Shown here: positions 42,397-51,170 of the stretch, piece by piece
How positions within the stretch are numbered: the stretch's first letter is position 1
Layout of the letters: each line of letters opens with the position of its first letter
From: an uncultured Gemmatimonadales bacterium
GTDB lineage: Bacteria > Gemmatimonadota > Gemmatimonadetes > Gemmatimonadales > GWC2-71-9
Reading direction: 5' to 3'
NCBI GenBank assembly: GCA_963795085.1
Contig: CAWCFX010000001.1
Coordinates: 576,001 to 640,000 of the forward strand
DNA: 64,000 bases
Made by a program: the position numbers and the translations under genes
Notes under the pieces: generated by a model
What the model was told of the DNA's origin: nothing
The model's input: the letters and a program-made list of their open reading frames with translations, nothing else
Database searches by the model: none

Positions 42397-43475
42397 ATGA
42401 TTCGAGCAGGTTGGATACTTCATTACCGCATTCACGGCACCAGCATTGATACGGACCGGCTGCCCTTGATCCGTCAGGGTAACGGTCCAAGTGTTGAGGT
42501 TGAGATCTCACGGAGACCCTCAATTGATGGTTGGGGACCCTTCACCCCTCTGAAGACCGTAATCAGCAATCAAAAGTTCGATATGACGGTCGGCCCGAAA
42601 CCTGTTCCGAGACACCCAGACCAAGATGGCTATCACGCTCCGTATACTTGGCTCATGCTCATAATCTCCGACAATTATCAGCTTACAGGTGATCTGGAGC
42701 ATCGTTTTCGGAATAACCCCGATGCTAACAAAGACGCTGTCTTTGCTGAACTCCGTGACCAACATGCCACCCTTAAGGACGATGCCCACCTCGTTGATGG
42801 GCGCGATTGCAGCTGAGTACCCCCCACACGGTCATTCAACCTTGGTCCTCCGTTCTGGCTTGCTGGCACAAGCCAAACACATGGTCAGGGGCAGCTGACT
42901 CCGCGCCTATTGAGGTCCTCCCTGCATTGCAGCAATTGAATGCCTCAGTTGTGAATCTTGCGGTTCACAGCGCAGTTGAGCTATCAAAGCGAGCAGAGAA
43001 GGAAGTGGCCCCTATCACCCTATCGGCGCGGTGGCTTAGTAGCGCAAGGGCCGCGCCACCGGCAATGTCGGCTGAGCGTTTTCCTCGGAATGTTTCGTGT
43101 GCTGGAAACGCTCTGGATCTTCCCGGCCACACCCAAGCAGGCGCTAGACACTGATTTTGCAGGGCTAGCCGAGTGGGCGGGTGAAGATCTGGATAAGTTG
43201 AAGTTTGTTAACAACCTTCGATCCTGGTACCGCCGACCAACACTTATGGAATGCTTCAGGGCTCTCGCCATGGAGTACTCACCGGAGACGGCGGAGTCAG
43301 ACATCGCTCGTTTCCAAGTACTAGAAGAAGCTTCCGTGATGATCTGGTGCATGGGAACATTCTGAGGATACCGGACGAGGTCAACACGAAAGGAACGGCA
43401 CACGATTGGGTGGCTCGTCTCGCGCACAGCTACTTTAATACGGTTATTGAAAAGGAGTCCAAGAAAACCAACTGA
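42397..43475 (+). pseudogene. Multi-frameshifted putative ApeA-like HEPN-domain protein
   Basis: Stitched frames give LSARWL..A...ERFL..F.VLETL and R(DDLV)HG; lower GC. Confidence 0.5.
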
Positions 43476-43949
43476 TGGTCAGACTGCGACTTTGGCCCCG
43501 GGTTTCGGTCCCGGTCTTTGTAAAACGCCTGCTATCTCGGCGAATAACGGAAGCTGGCGGGCAGCGTGGAACGCTAAGCAGGGCAATACTCCTCGCTTCT
43601 AAGCGAAACCCCGTTAAGGCCACTGAGACTCTAAATCACTAGGTTGTAGGTTCGATTCATACGCGGCGCATCACGAAAGTAAGAGGAGGCAGCGACCGCA
43701 GGAGCGGCCCCGCTGCCTCTTTCTGTTGGAGCCAGCCGGCAACCCGCAGCCAGCCTGGGCCCCGTCGTTGCGAGTGAGTCCGAGCCGAACGGATCTCGGG
43801 ACATTTGGCTTTCGACGGGTGGTACTGCCGGGCTCGATGACGGAATCAAGGCGTGGAGTCAGAAGGCCACAGATCCCGAGTTGCCCCCCCCTCTTGCGGC
43901 ATGCCCAGCCAGAATGCATGCTTGCCTTATCCCTGTCCCGACAGCCACA

Positions 43950-44765
43950 ATGGCGATCAAGATGTCCAAGCGGTTTGTTGACCGCGCCAAGGCACAGCTA
44001 CGCCGTTATCAGAAGATCATTGAGAGCGCACGAGCCCGGGATGTCGGAGAATCCGATACCTGTGTGATCGTGAGCGACTTTCTCTCCGATGTCCTGGGTT
44101 ACGACAAGTATGAGGATATCACAACCGAGTCTGCCATTCGGGCCACCTTCTGTGACCTAGCGATCAAGTGTGATGGGCGCCTCTGTTACCGCATCGAGGG
44201 TGGAAGTCGGTAGGAACCGATCTCAAGGAGAATCACTTGCGCCAGGCCGTTGACTACGGCGCCAAGGAAGGCTGCGAGTGGGTGTTGCTGACCAATGGCC
44301 AGGAATGGCAGGCCCATCGAATCAAGTATGACCAGCCGATAACACACGACGAGGTGTTCCGGCTTGATCTCCTGGATCCCGGGGCCGAGCTTGGCGGATC
44401 TTGCACGGCACCTGTATCTCATCGCGAAGGAAACCAGCGGTGGGAAGGATATCGATCGATTCTGGCGCCAGAAGGAGGCTACCAGCCGGTTCGTGATTGC
44501 CCAGCTCCTGCTCCAGGATAGCTTGCTGGCCGCTCTACGGCGGGAAGTGCGACGACTCTCGCCCGATGTACGGATTACTCGAGATGACCTCGGCGCGGTT
44601 CTCCGCAACGAGGTCCTCAAGCGGGAGACTTTGGAGGGCGACCGCGCAAAAGCGGCGGAGGCATTGGTCAAGCGGCTTGCACAGAAAGCGACTTCGAAAG
44701 CAGGCTGCGGCAGAAAAACCAGTTGCCGCTGTAGCCCCATGAGAGTTGAAATCCACTTCGCTTGA
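43950..44765 (+). pseudogene. HsdR N-terminal-like PD-(D/E)xK nuclease protein, frameshifted
   Basis: ESDT..IV.D.L.DVLGYDKY, CDLAIK, HLRQAVDYG, WVLLTNG.EW split over three frames. Confidence 0.75.
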
Positions 44766-44819
44766 GGCGAGGCTGCCAGGTTGCCGGTGGCGCCGGCGGG
44801 GCCGGACCACGGTAATGCG

Positions 44820-45139
44820 GGGGGAACCCGGTTTACCTCAACTACGAGCCCAGTCCGGATGCCGCCGGCGCCTGGTCCCACGACGGCCAGAGCATCGCCT
44901 TCATCAGCGGCCGCGACCTGCAGGCCGATCGGATCTACGTCATGACGGCCGATGGTACCAGCCTCCTCCTCGACGTTCCCGAGGCCCCGCCAGGAGGCTT
45001 CCCCGACTGGAGCCCCACCGACAGCCACATCGCCTTTACCGGCAACGCCGAGATCATGACCATGCGGCCGGATGGAAGCCAACTGGTCAACCTGACCAAC
45101 AACCCCGCCCAGGACCGCTACGCCAGCTGGAGCCCGTGA
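44820..45139 (+). pseudogene. C-terminal fragment of TolB/PD40-repeat protein
   Basis: PAWS..GQSIAF, IYVMTADG, PDWSP, DGSQLVNLTNNPAQDRYASWSP. Confidence 0.75.
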
Positions 45140-45241
45140 AGGGTCATCCCTTTCCCTGGCGCGCTCGCTGCCAGGACCTACCAGAACTCACGCACCTGGG
45201 GGAACTCTAAGCGCTGTGTGTATAAACACTTGTGAACACCC

Positions 45242-45291
45242 TTGCCAATTCCATTTCTGGCTGCATACTAGCAACTAACTGGTTGTCAGGC
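45242..45291 (+). promoter_or_regulatory. Putative cassette promoter (TTGCCA-16-CATACT) and attI-like site, copy 1 (core GTCAGGC)
   Basis: Conserved with copy 2; sequence after core is complementary to the end of cassette 1. Confidence 0.65.
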
Positions 45292-45320
45292 GCCACTATC
45301 TGACCCTCACGCGAGGTGGT

Positions 45321-45728
45321 ATGGTAGAATGTCGTTTATCTCAGCCATGGGCACTCGCATTCTTGAGTTGTGGCGTTCTGTTCCTTGCCTGTAGTGACCC
45401 CTCGGCACCTGACTGCGATACTCCTCCTACTATTACTGTAGGGCCCGGTGGCGCACCCTCATTCAGCTGGTCTCCGGCCTGCCCCGTTGCCGACCTCCTT
45501 GTGGAGCCTCCTGATCCGACCGGTACGTGGTACTATCGCATTACCAATGCGAACGGAAAGAATGTTCTTGAACCCCCAATACGATATGGGGAGACCCGAT
45601 TTGGGACGGTTGTTTCGGGTCCCCCACCCGGGGGTCTAATTGCGACCGTAATTTATCGAGTTACGATTTCACGTAGCGATAGCGCCGGTCACTTTGTTAG
45701 CCTCAGCTCCCTTGTCTTCCAGCGCTAG
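45321..45728 (+). CDS. Cassette 1: hypothetical lipoprotein
   Basis: GAGGT RBS, FLAC lipobox. Confidence 0.7.
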   Translation: MVECRLSQPWALAFLSCGVLFLACSDPSAPDCDTPPTITVGPGGAPSFSWSPACPVADLLVEPPDPTGTWYYRITNANGKNVLEPPIRYGETRFGTVVSGPPPGGLIATVIYRVTISRSDSAGHFVSLSSLVFQR

Positions 45729-45743
45729 GGCGTTAATAGTGGC

Positions 45744-45841
45744 GCCGAACCCGCGCTTGGAGCGGTCACCCGCGCCCAGCTACCTGCTGGACGCCACTAT
45801 ATACTGAGCGCGGATTGCCGCTCGAGCGCAAACCGATAAGC
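45744..45841 (+). repeat. attC-like site
   Basis: GCCGAAC..GCGCTTGGAG...CTCGAGCGC..GATAAGC. Confidence 0.8.
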
Positions 45842-45859
45842 GGCTGCCCAGGATCTCGA

Positions 45860-46621
45860 GTGGACATTGAATTCGGTCTCTTCTTCCTGGCTTTCATTGT
45901 CGGGCCCGCTGTGGTCGGCATGGTCTGGCAGTGGCGTGCTCGCGAGCGTAGTATTCGGCACGCGCTCGAGAAACGGAACAACCCCAGGCGTGTTGAGGCT
46001 CTGCTCCCCCTCCTGGACAGGTGTGTCGACATCCTGATCGCGGAGTATGGAGCAGACACCTTCGCTCACCCACAGCTCACGGTCGTTCCCGGAGTCATTG
46101 CGAACCGCCGCGATTTCATCCAGCATCTCATAACGCTCGCAGCAGAACGGTGGCAGATCACCCCGCCCCCAGTGAACCTTTCTGTCGTTCCTCCCAAAGA
46201 CAGGGAACATGCCGCGGGGACCTTTGTGCAGACCACCGCTGACTGGTCATTTAACGTGGATTCTGATGGCACGATAGGGCCCTCGGATGAACCCGCGTGG
46301 AGGATCTGTATTGATCCGGCTCACTTTCACGATGATCTCGCAGTGGCAGCGATCGTGGCCCACGAGTTCGCCCACGGCGTCCTGACCCGGGATGCGGTGG
46401 CTCTCGCCAGCGATGGCGAGAATGAGGTCCTGACAGATGTCGCCGCCGCGCTATCTGGCTTTGGTCAACTCATGCTCCAGATGCAAAACCGGGTGGAGCG
46501 GCAGTACGTGGCCAACGGCGGCCTGTCATACACGGTCGGCGGGCCAGGTTACCTGTGGCCCCAGGAGCTGGCTCATGTTCTCTGGCGCCACGGCAGGCTG
46601 AGCACCAATGGAGCCGCCTAA
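45860..46621 (+). CDS. Cassette 2: membrane-anchored HExxH zinc-peptidase-like protein
   Basis: N-terminal TM, AHEFAH, NEVLTD, GYL; stop lies inside GCCTAAC. Confidence 0.7.
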   Translation: MDIEFGLFFLAFIVGPAVVGMVWQWRARERSIRHALEKRNNPRRVEALLPLLDRCVDILIAEYGADTFAHPQLTVVPGVIANRRDFIQHLITLAAERWQITPPPVNLSVVPPKDREHAAGTFVQTTADWSFNVDSDGTIGPSDEPAWRICIDPAHFHDDLAVAAIVAHEFAHGVLTRDAVALASDGENEVLTDVAAALSGFGQLMLQMQNRVERQYVANGGLSYTVGGPGYLWPQELAHVLWRHGRLSTNGAA

Positions 46622-46644
46622 CACGCCCGCCATCGGAGTCGCGT

Positions 46645-47076
46645 ATGAACGAGCGTCTGTTTTGCGAATTCCTAAGCGGTATTACCGAGGCTTCAGCCAT
46701 CGCTGCTGACTTGAACGGCACGAAGGTCACGCCGGATCACTGGTCTCACCGGACGAGCGCCAACTATCGCGGGTTGCCTATCTCACGCGAGTTTACGGTT
46801 CGGCCGGAACACGTCATTCGGCTTGTGGACGCACTGTCAGCCGGGTCGCTTACATCGGACCAGGTTACGACCGCCCTCTTCTGTGTGGAAGCGGCCCCCG
46901 ATCGGTTTGTGTGGGATACGGATACGACTGAGGGGGACCGCGTTGCCAGCGCAGTCTTCTGGCTGGGGACGCCGGAGATCAATTATCCACTCACGCCGGC
47001 GAACCTGGCGAAGATTCGACATTACCTTGAGACCGGTGAGAACACATTGACGACTGCCGATACCAAGGCCCGCTAA
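46645..47076 (+). CDS. Cassette 3: hypothetical protein
   Basis: GGAG RBS; follows truncated attC (GCCTAACACGC only). Confidence 0.65.
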   Translation: MNERLFCEFLSGITEASAIAADLNGTKVTPDHWSHRTSANYRGLPISREFTVRPEHVIRLVDALSAGSLTSDQVTTALFCVEAAPDRFVWDTDTTEGDRVASAVFWLGTPEINYPLTPANLAKIRHYLETGENTLTTADTKAR

Positions 47077-47083
47077 AGTCGAG

Positions 47084-47129
47084 GCCTAGCATGCGCTTGC
47101 AGCGATCAGCCGCGCCCGGCTACCCGCGG
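47084..47129 (+). repeat. Left half of attC-like site
   Basis: GCCTAGC-ATGCGCTTGCAGCG..CCGCGCCCGGCTACC. Confidence 0.7.
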
Positions 47130-47362
47130 TACCGATCCTGCTGGCCAGCCGCCACGTCCGGAATTGGATGCCAACCAAGACCACGCGCCCGGATGGAAGC
47201 CAGCTCGTCAACCTGACCAACAACCCCGCCCAGGACCGCGACGCCAGCTGGAGCCCGTGAAGCGTCATCCTTCTCCCTTGGCGCGCTCGCTGCCAGAAGC
47301 TACCGTAACTCACGCACCTGGGGGACCCAGGCGCTCGGCTTATATATACTTACGAACACCCC

Positions 47363-47412
47363 TTGCCAATTCCGCTTCTAGCCACATACTAGCAACTAAA
47401 TAGTTGTTAGGC
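47363..47412 (+). promoter_or_regulatory. Putative cassette promoter (TTGCCA-16-CATACT) and attI-like site, copy 2 (CAACTA-AA-TAGTTG, core GTTAGGC)
   Basis: Homologous to copy 1; canonical GTTRRRY core. Confidence 0.7.
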
Positions 47413-47457
47413 GGCCCGAATCCGACACCTGGGTGGAACACTGAGAGGAGAGTCCCG

Positions 47458-47991
47458 ATGGTCTCGATGGTCATGTTGACGTTCCGCCTTGGTGTAGCAT
47501 CGTTGCTCCTTATCGCTACGGCTTGCAGTAATGAGGGGTCTGGCGACCTGCCTGCGGCGGCAGATTTGCTGTTCTCCCTACGTGCCGCGGACTCGTCAGT
47601 TGCGGCCGCAATCGCGGCGCGCGACCCTGAGCGCACTGCGGCATTTTATGCCGATAGCGCCGTCATAATGCCCGTTGCGGAACCGATCGTGGAGGGGCGC
47701 GCGGCTATCCTCGAAGAGTGGCGGCACGTTTTCGGTATTCCCGGCTTCGCCAACAACTCGCGGCTCATTGCGGCCGTGGTGTCCTCCGGTGGCGATTTGG
47801 GATACACTCGCGGAACCTACGAGTCGCTCATGCTGAGCCCCCGCGGGCAGAAGCTTGTCGAACGGGGGAAGTGGGTCACAATCTGGAAGCGCGGCGCGGA
47901 TGGCAGCTGGCGAATCGTCCTCGACATCTTTAATACGGACACGCCGCCACCAGAACATCAGCCCAGCACCGCGGAGCGTTCCGACCACTAA
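47458..47991 (+). CDS. Cassette 4: NTF2/DUF4440 (YybH-like) lipoprotein
   Basis: FYADSA..MP, GRAAI, GDLGYTRGTY, GKWVTIWKR.ADGSWRI. Confidence 0.85.
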   Translation: MVSMVMLTFRLGVASLLLIATACSNEGSGDLPAAADLLFSLRAADSSVAAAIAARDPERTAAFYADSAVIMPVAEPIVEGRAAILEEWRHVFGIPGFANNSRLIAAVVSSGGDLGYTRGTYESLMLSPRGQKLVERGKWVTIWKRGADGSWRIVLDIFNTDTPPPEHQPSTAERSDH

Positions 47992-48027
47992 TGTCGTGAT
48001 GCGCGAGCGGCCGACTGACACGCGGCC

Positions 48028-48126
48028 GCCTATCACGCGCTTGGAGTGGCCATTCGCGCCAGGTCACCCGAAGGACGCCAGGACATTATGAGCGCGGATT
48101 GACAGCTCAAGCGCAAACCGTTAGGT
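48028..48126 (+). repeat. attC-like site
   Basis: GCCTATC..GCGCTTGGAG...CTCAAGCGC..GTTAGGT. Confidence 0.85.
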
Positions 48127-48154
48127 GGCCCAAAAGCACATGTGACCGGTGACA

Positions 48155-48271
48155 ATGAACAGACTTCGCGCTTTAGTAGAAAAGGTTGCTCATTGGGACT
48201 TCATCATTCAGACCATCTTTGTCATCGGCCTCATCGTCGTTGGCTTAGTGCTGTACTTGAAGCAACGGTAG
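48155..48271 (+). CDS. Cassette 5: 38-aa single-TM microprotein
   Basis: MNRLRALVEKVAHWDFIIQTIFVIGLIVVGLVLYLKQR fills the cassette. Confidence 0.55.
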   Translation: MNRLRALVEKVAHWDFIIQTIFVIGLIVVGLVLYLKQR

Positions 48272-48294
48272 TTTCAATGGATGTTGAGCGGGCC

Positions 48295-48390
48295 ACCTAA
48301 CACGCGCTTGGAGTGGCCATTCGCGCCAGGCCACTCGCTGGACGCCAGGATGTGATCAGCGCGAATGCCATTCAAGCGCCAACCGTAGGC
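48295..48390 (+). repeat. attC-like site
   Basis: ACCTAAC..GCGCTTGGAG...TTCAAGCGC..GTAGGC. Confidence 0.88.
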
Positions 48391-48400
48391 GGCATTTCTG

Positions 48401-48649
48401 GTGACTTGGCCTGAACGAACTCTCTCGACTCGATTGCTGGCCGGCCTGGTAGGGGCGGTCTTGGGGGCGTTCATAGGATTCGGCGTAGGCGCAGGGTGGT
48501 TCCGGTCGATGAACAACGGACATCCGCCGATCGCCCAGTTCGTTGCGGGAGCGGCGATCTTAGCTTTTCTCATTTCATTCTGGGTCGGCGACCCTGCAGT
48601 CCGCTTTCTAATGCGGATGATTGGTGGAGGACGGCCGAAGCGTTTGTGA
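48401..48649 (+). CDS. Cassette 6: small two-TM protein
   Basis: Hydrophobic ORF filling the cassette. Confidence 0.6.
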   Translation: MTWPERTLSTRLLAGLVGAVLGAFIGFGVGAGWFRSMNNGHPPIAQFVAGAAILAFLISFWVGDPAVRFLMRMIGGGRPKRL

Positions 48650-48659
48650 CGCCAATGCC

Positions 48660-48757
48660 GCCTAACACGCGCTTGGATCGGTCACCCGCGCCCAGCTACC
48701 TGCTGGACGCCACTATATACTGAGCGCGGAATGCCACTCAAGCGCCAACCGTTAGGC
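48660..48757 (+). repeat. attC-like site (most canonical copy)
   Basis: GCCTAAC ... GTTAGGC with GCGCTTGGA/TCAAGCGC inner boxes. Confidence 0.92.
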
Positions 48758-48796
48758 CGCACAACCCATTCGCCGGCAGCACTTCGGGAAAGGTCG

Positions 48797-49138
48797 TTGG
48801 TGAGATTCTCGTGGTCATGCATCCTGCTTATGCCGTCTGCCTTGGCTTGCGCCAGGCAAACGGTGATGGACAAGAACTCGCCACAACCGATCGTGAAAGT
48901 GGTGGCGGAATACCCCGCCGAACTCCGACCACTCAACCGAGTAGGCCACGTCATAGCGATTTTTATGATTGACACACTGGGTGTGCCACAGGAGCATACG
49001 ATCAAGATTGTGCAGGCCTCACATCCGGCATTTGTCGCTCCAGTGCGACAGGCTATACCGCGCTGGCGCTTTCGCCCGAGTGAAGTAACAGGGGATAGAA
49101 CACCGTGGGTGCAACTCAGGTTTGACTTTTCACCGTAG
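48797..49138 (+). CDS. Cassette 7: TonB C-terminal-domain lipoprotein
   Basis: EYPAEL, G.V.A.F.IDT.G, WRFRP; ALAC lipobox. Confidence 0.75.
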   Translation: MVRFSWSCILLMPSALACARQTVMDKNSPQPIVKVVAEYPAELRPLNRVGHVIAIFMIDTLGVPQEHTIKIVQASHPAFVAPVRQAIPRWRFRPSEVTGDRTPWVQLRFDFSP

Positions 49139-49156
49139 TGCCAGACAGAGGGTGCT

Positions 49157-49254
49157 GCCTCACCCGCGCTTGGAGCGGTCAGCCGCGCCCGGCTACCTGC
49201 TGGACGCCACTATATGCTGAGGCGCGTATTGCCGCTCGAACGCCACCGTCAGGC
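49157..49254 (+). repeat. attC-like site
   Basis: GCCTCAC..GCGCTTGGAG...CTCGAACGC..GTCAGGC. Confidence 0.82.
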
Positions 49255-49309
49255 AGCCCTGAGAGAGGACCTCCCGAATTCACGCTCCCTGAGGCCGGCC
49301 CGGCAACGT

Positions 49310-49927
49310 ATGTTCCTTGGACTGATTGGCACGGCCGTCCTGGCGGTGGATCTTCTTCTCGTACACAACGAACAGATTGTCACGTGGGTACGGTTCACTC
49401 CGCCCGCAGTTGGGTTAGTGGCGATTGTGTTGTCTGCTGTTGATCGCGAGACATTGCTGGGGTTTAGCCGGATCCGAGAGCGACCGTGGGCCGTGCTCAT
49501 GGCCATCGCGATTCTTGGCACCTATCTATGGGTGAGCGCATATTCGTCACCCGTTGGGTCCGGGGCTGTCGACTGCCGGTTGCAGGAGCGACTCTGTACG
49601 GCCCCTTACTGGCTCGCGCCGGGGATTCAACAGCTGACCGTTCTGGCGCCTCTGGTCGAAGAGAGTGTATATCGCGCGGTGGGGTTCGGAGCCTTGGCGC
49701 TAGCTCTTGGGCCCATTCCGGCCCTCATCATCTCAACGGCTGCGTTTGGGTTCCTGCATCACCTCTACGGAAGCTTGCGGTGGTTCCACCTCGCCGCTGG
49801 ACTGGCGTACACGGGCCTGTACTGGTATGGCAGGTCCCTGGCTTTGAACATTGCGACTCACGCAGCGATGAACTGGGCGGTTATGCTGAGAAACCTCGCC
49901 CGCTGGTACGCTTACTATACGCCGTGA
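49310..49927 (+). CDS. Cassette 8: CPBP (CAAX/Abi) intramembrane metalloprotease
   Basis: APLVEE..YR, S..FG.LH, H...N motifs. Confidence 0.85.
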   Translation: MFLGLIGTAVLAVDLLLVHNEQIVTWVRFTPPAVGLVAIVLSAVDRETLLGFSRIRERPWAVLMAIAILGTYLWVSAYSSPVGSGAVDCRLQERLCTAPYWLAPGIQQLTVLAPLVEESVYRAVGFGALALALGPIPALIISTAAFGFLHHLYGSLRWFHLAAGLAYTGLYWYGRSLALNIATHAAMNWAVMLRNLARWYAYYTP

Positions 49928-49941
49928 TAACCCATGGAATC

Positions 49942-50040
49942 GCCCGACAGGTGCGTGCAGTCGCCGATGCGCGCTGGGCCCACTCGATGGACATCAGCAC
50001 ATGATCACCGCGAATCCCGCTCAAGCGCCAACCGGTAGGC
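49942..50040 (+). repeat. attC-like site with degenerate left arm
   Basis: Right arm CTCAAGCGCCAACCGGTAGGC conserved. Confidence 0.7.
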
Positions 50041-50065
50041 GCTACAACCATCACAACCGGAAGCG

Positions 50066-50425
50066 ATGAGCGACCAACTCGGCGGCCTGCTCAGAAGCCC
50101 GATCGCCCAGGCAGTGATCCCCGTCGGGATGCTGCTGCTCTACGTGCGGTTCGTCTGGGAATATCGCCGCGCCCTTCGGCGTCGCCTGGAGGATCCGGAA
50201 TGGAAGGTCAATACAACGCGATTCCTCGTGTGGAAGTCGAGAATGTGGTCATTCCTCGGTGTGGGAGCGTGGATTCTGCTCGTGGTGGCGGTGGACTTGT
50301 TTGGAGGGACGACGCCAGGCACCACCACGGCGTTCACGTGGGGGTTCGGCATTCTCTTTGTGTGGGTCGGGGCGACTGCGTTCATCGAGGGATTCATGGA
50401 AGGTCCCGGCGGGAATAGCCAGTGA
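50066..50425 (+). CDS. Cassette 9: three-TM hypothetical protein
   Basis: Hydrophobic ORF. Confidence 0.6.
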   Translation: MSDQLGGLLRSPIAQAVIPVGMLLLYVRFVWEYRRALRRRLEDPEWKVNTTRFLVWKSRMWSFLGVGAWILLVVAVDLFGGTTPGTTTAFTWGFGILFVWVGATAFIEGFMEGPGGNSQ

Positions 50426-50451
50426 CGCCGCCGGTTCGTGGCCCGGTCGCA

Positions 50452-50495
50452 CGGTCAACCGCGCCGGGTTACCCGCTGGACGCAGGTACTCAGGC
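50452..50495 (+). repeat. Internally deleted attC remnant
   Basis: CGGTCAACCGCGCC..TACCCGCTGGACGC..CAGGC. Confidence 0.6.
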
Positions 50496-50527
50496 AGCCA
50501 CAGTAGGGTTCTCGTGGGAGGTCAGCG

Positions 50528-50749
50528 ATGGACCAAGGCAGCGCCGATCGGGCAAAACCCGGAATCTTTCTCTACGCTTGCTCGGGATGTGCCTGCATAC
50601 TTGGCGTGTCGCTCGTCACCCTGGGCTTACTCAGCCGTGGCGGACACCCGATGCTCCCGATCCTCGCTGGAGTGTTGGCTCTCGTGCTCGGCAGCCTCCT
50701 CTTGGCTTGGGCCCGCGGCCGCTCGCGCAGGCGGACGAGGGCAGCTTAG
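50528..50749 (+). CDS. Cassette 10: small two-TM protein
   Basis: GGAGGT RBS, hydrophobic ORF. Confidence 0.6.
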   Translation: MDQGSADRAKPGIFLYACSGCACILGVSLVTLGLLSRGGHPMLPILAGVLALVLGSLLLAWARGRSRRRTRAA

Positions 50750-50773
50750 CTTCACGGAATCAATGTCGTGGCT

Positions 50774-50868
50774 GCCTAACACGCTTGGAGCAGTCAACCG
50801 CGGCTGACTACCCGCTGGACCCCACCACCTGACTCGCGCGGATGCCGCTCAAGCGCAAACCGTTAGGA
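50774..50868 (+). repeat. attC-like site
   Basis: GCCTAAC..GCTTGGAG...CTCAAGC..GTTAGGA. Confidence 0.85.
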
Positions 50869-50917
50869 ATCACGGCCACACATCCCCTATATGTCAGGCT
50901 CCTCCAGGAGGGCTCTT

Positions 50918-51170
50918 ATGCAACTGCAACTCACGGCAGTCTTTCAGAAGGTTCCCGAGGGCTATATTGGCTTTATTGAGGAACTTCCCGGCGCCAATAC
51001 TCAAGGGGCAACCCTGGACGAGGCGCGCGCAAATCTGACCGAGGCTGTCCACCTCGTGTTTGAGGCCAATCGCGCGTTGACGGAGGAACCGTGAAGTGCC
51101 GCGACACCGCGAACTCAACAACCACTTGGCTCGGACGACCTGTCGGGATCTAGAGATCGAGGAGCCCTGA
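50918..51170 (+). pseudogene. Cassette 11: hicB-like antitoxin (50918-51094) plus C-terminal hicA-like toxin fragment (51096-51170)
   Basis: ELPGANTQGATLDEARANL.EA; VPRHRELNNHLARTTCRDLEI. Confidence 0.75.

Larger units (their letters stand above)
40600..43671. mobile_element. Degenerate integrative island in tRNA-Lys, bounded by 45-bp att repeats (40600-40644, 43627-43671)
   Basis: 3' tRNA half duplicated with 2 mismatches; integrase remnant inside; lower GC. Confidence 0.85.

Noticed and set aside
43627..43671. Second tRNA-Lys gene
   Set aside because: Only the 3' half is present, with mismatches; it is an att site
47086..47313. Minus-strand ORF upstream of the second attI-like site as an IntI N-terminus
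   Set aside because: No IntI-like motifs; it is the antisense of the TolB tail and half attC
45744..50868. attC repeats read as CRISPR or REP
   Set aside because: Repeats are ~98 bp, separated by whole ORFs, and show integron core-site architecture
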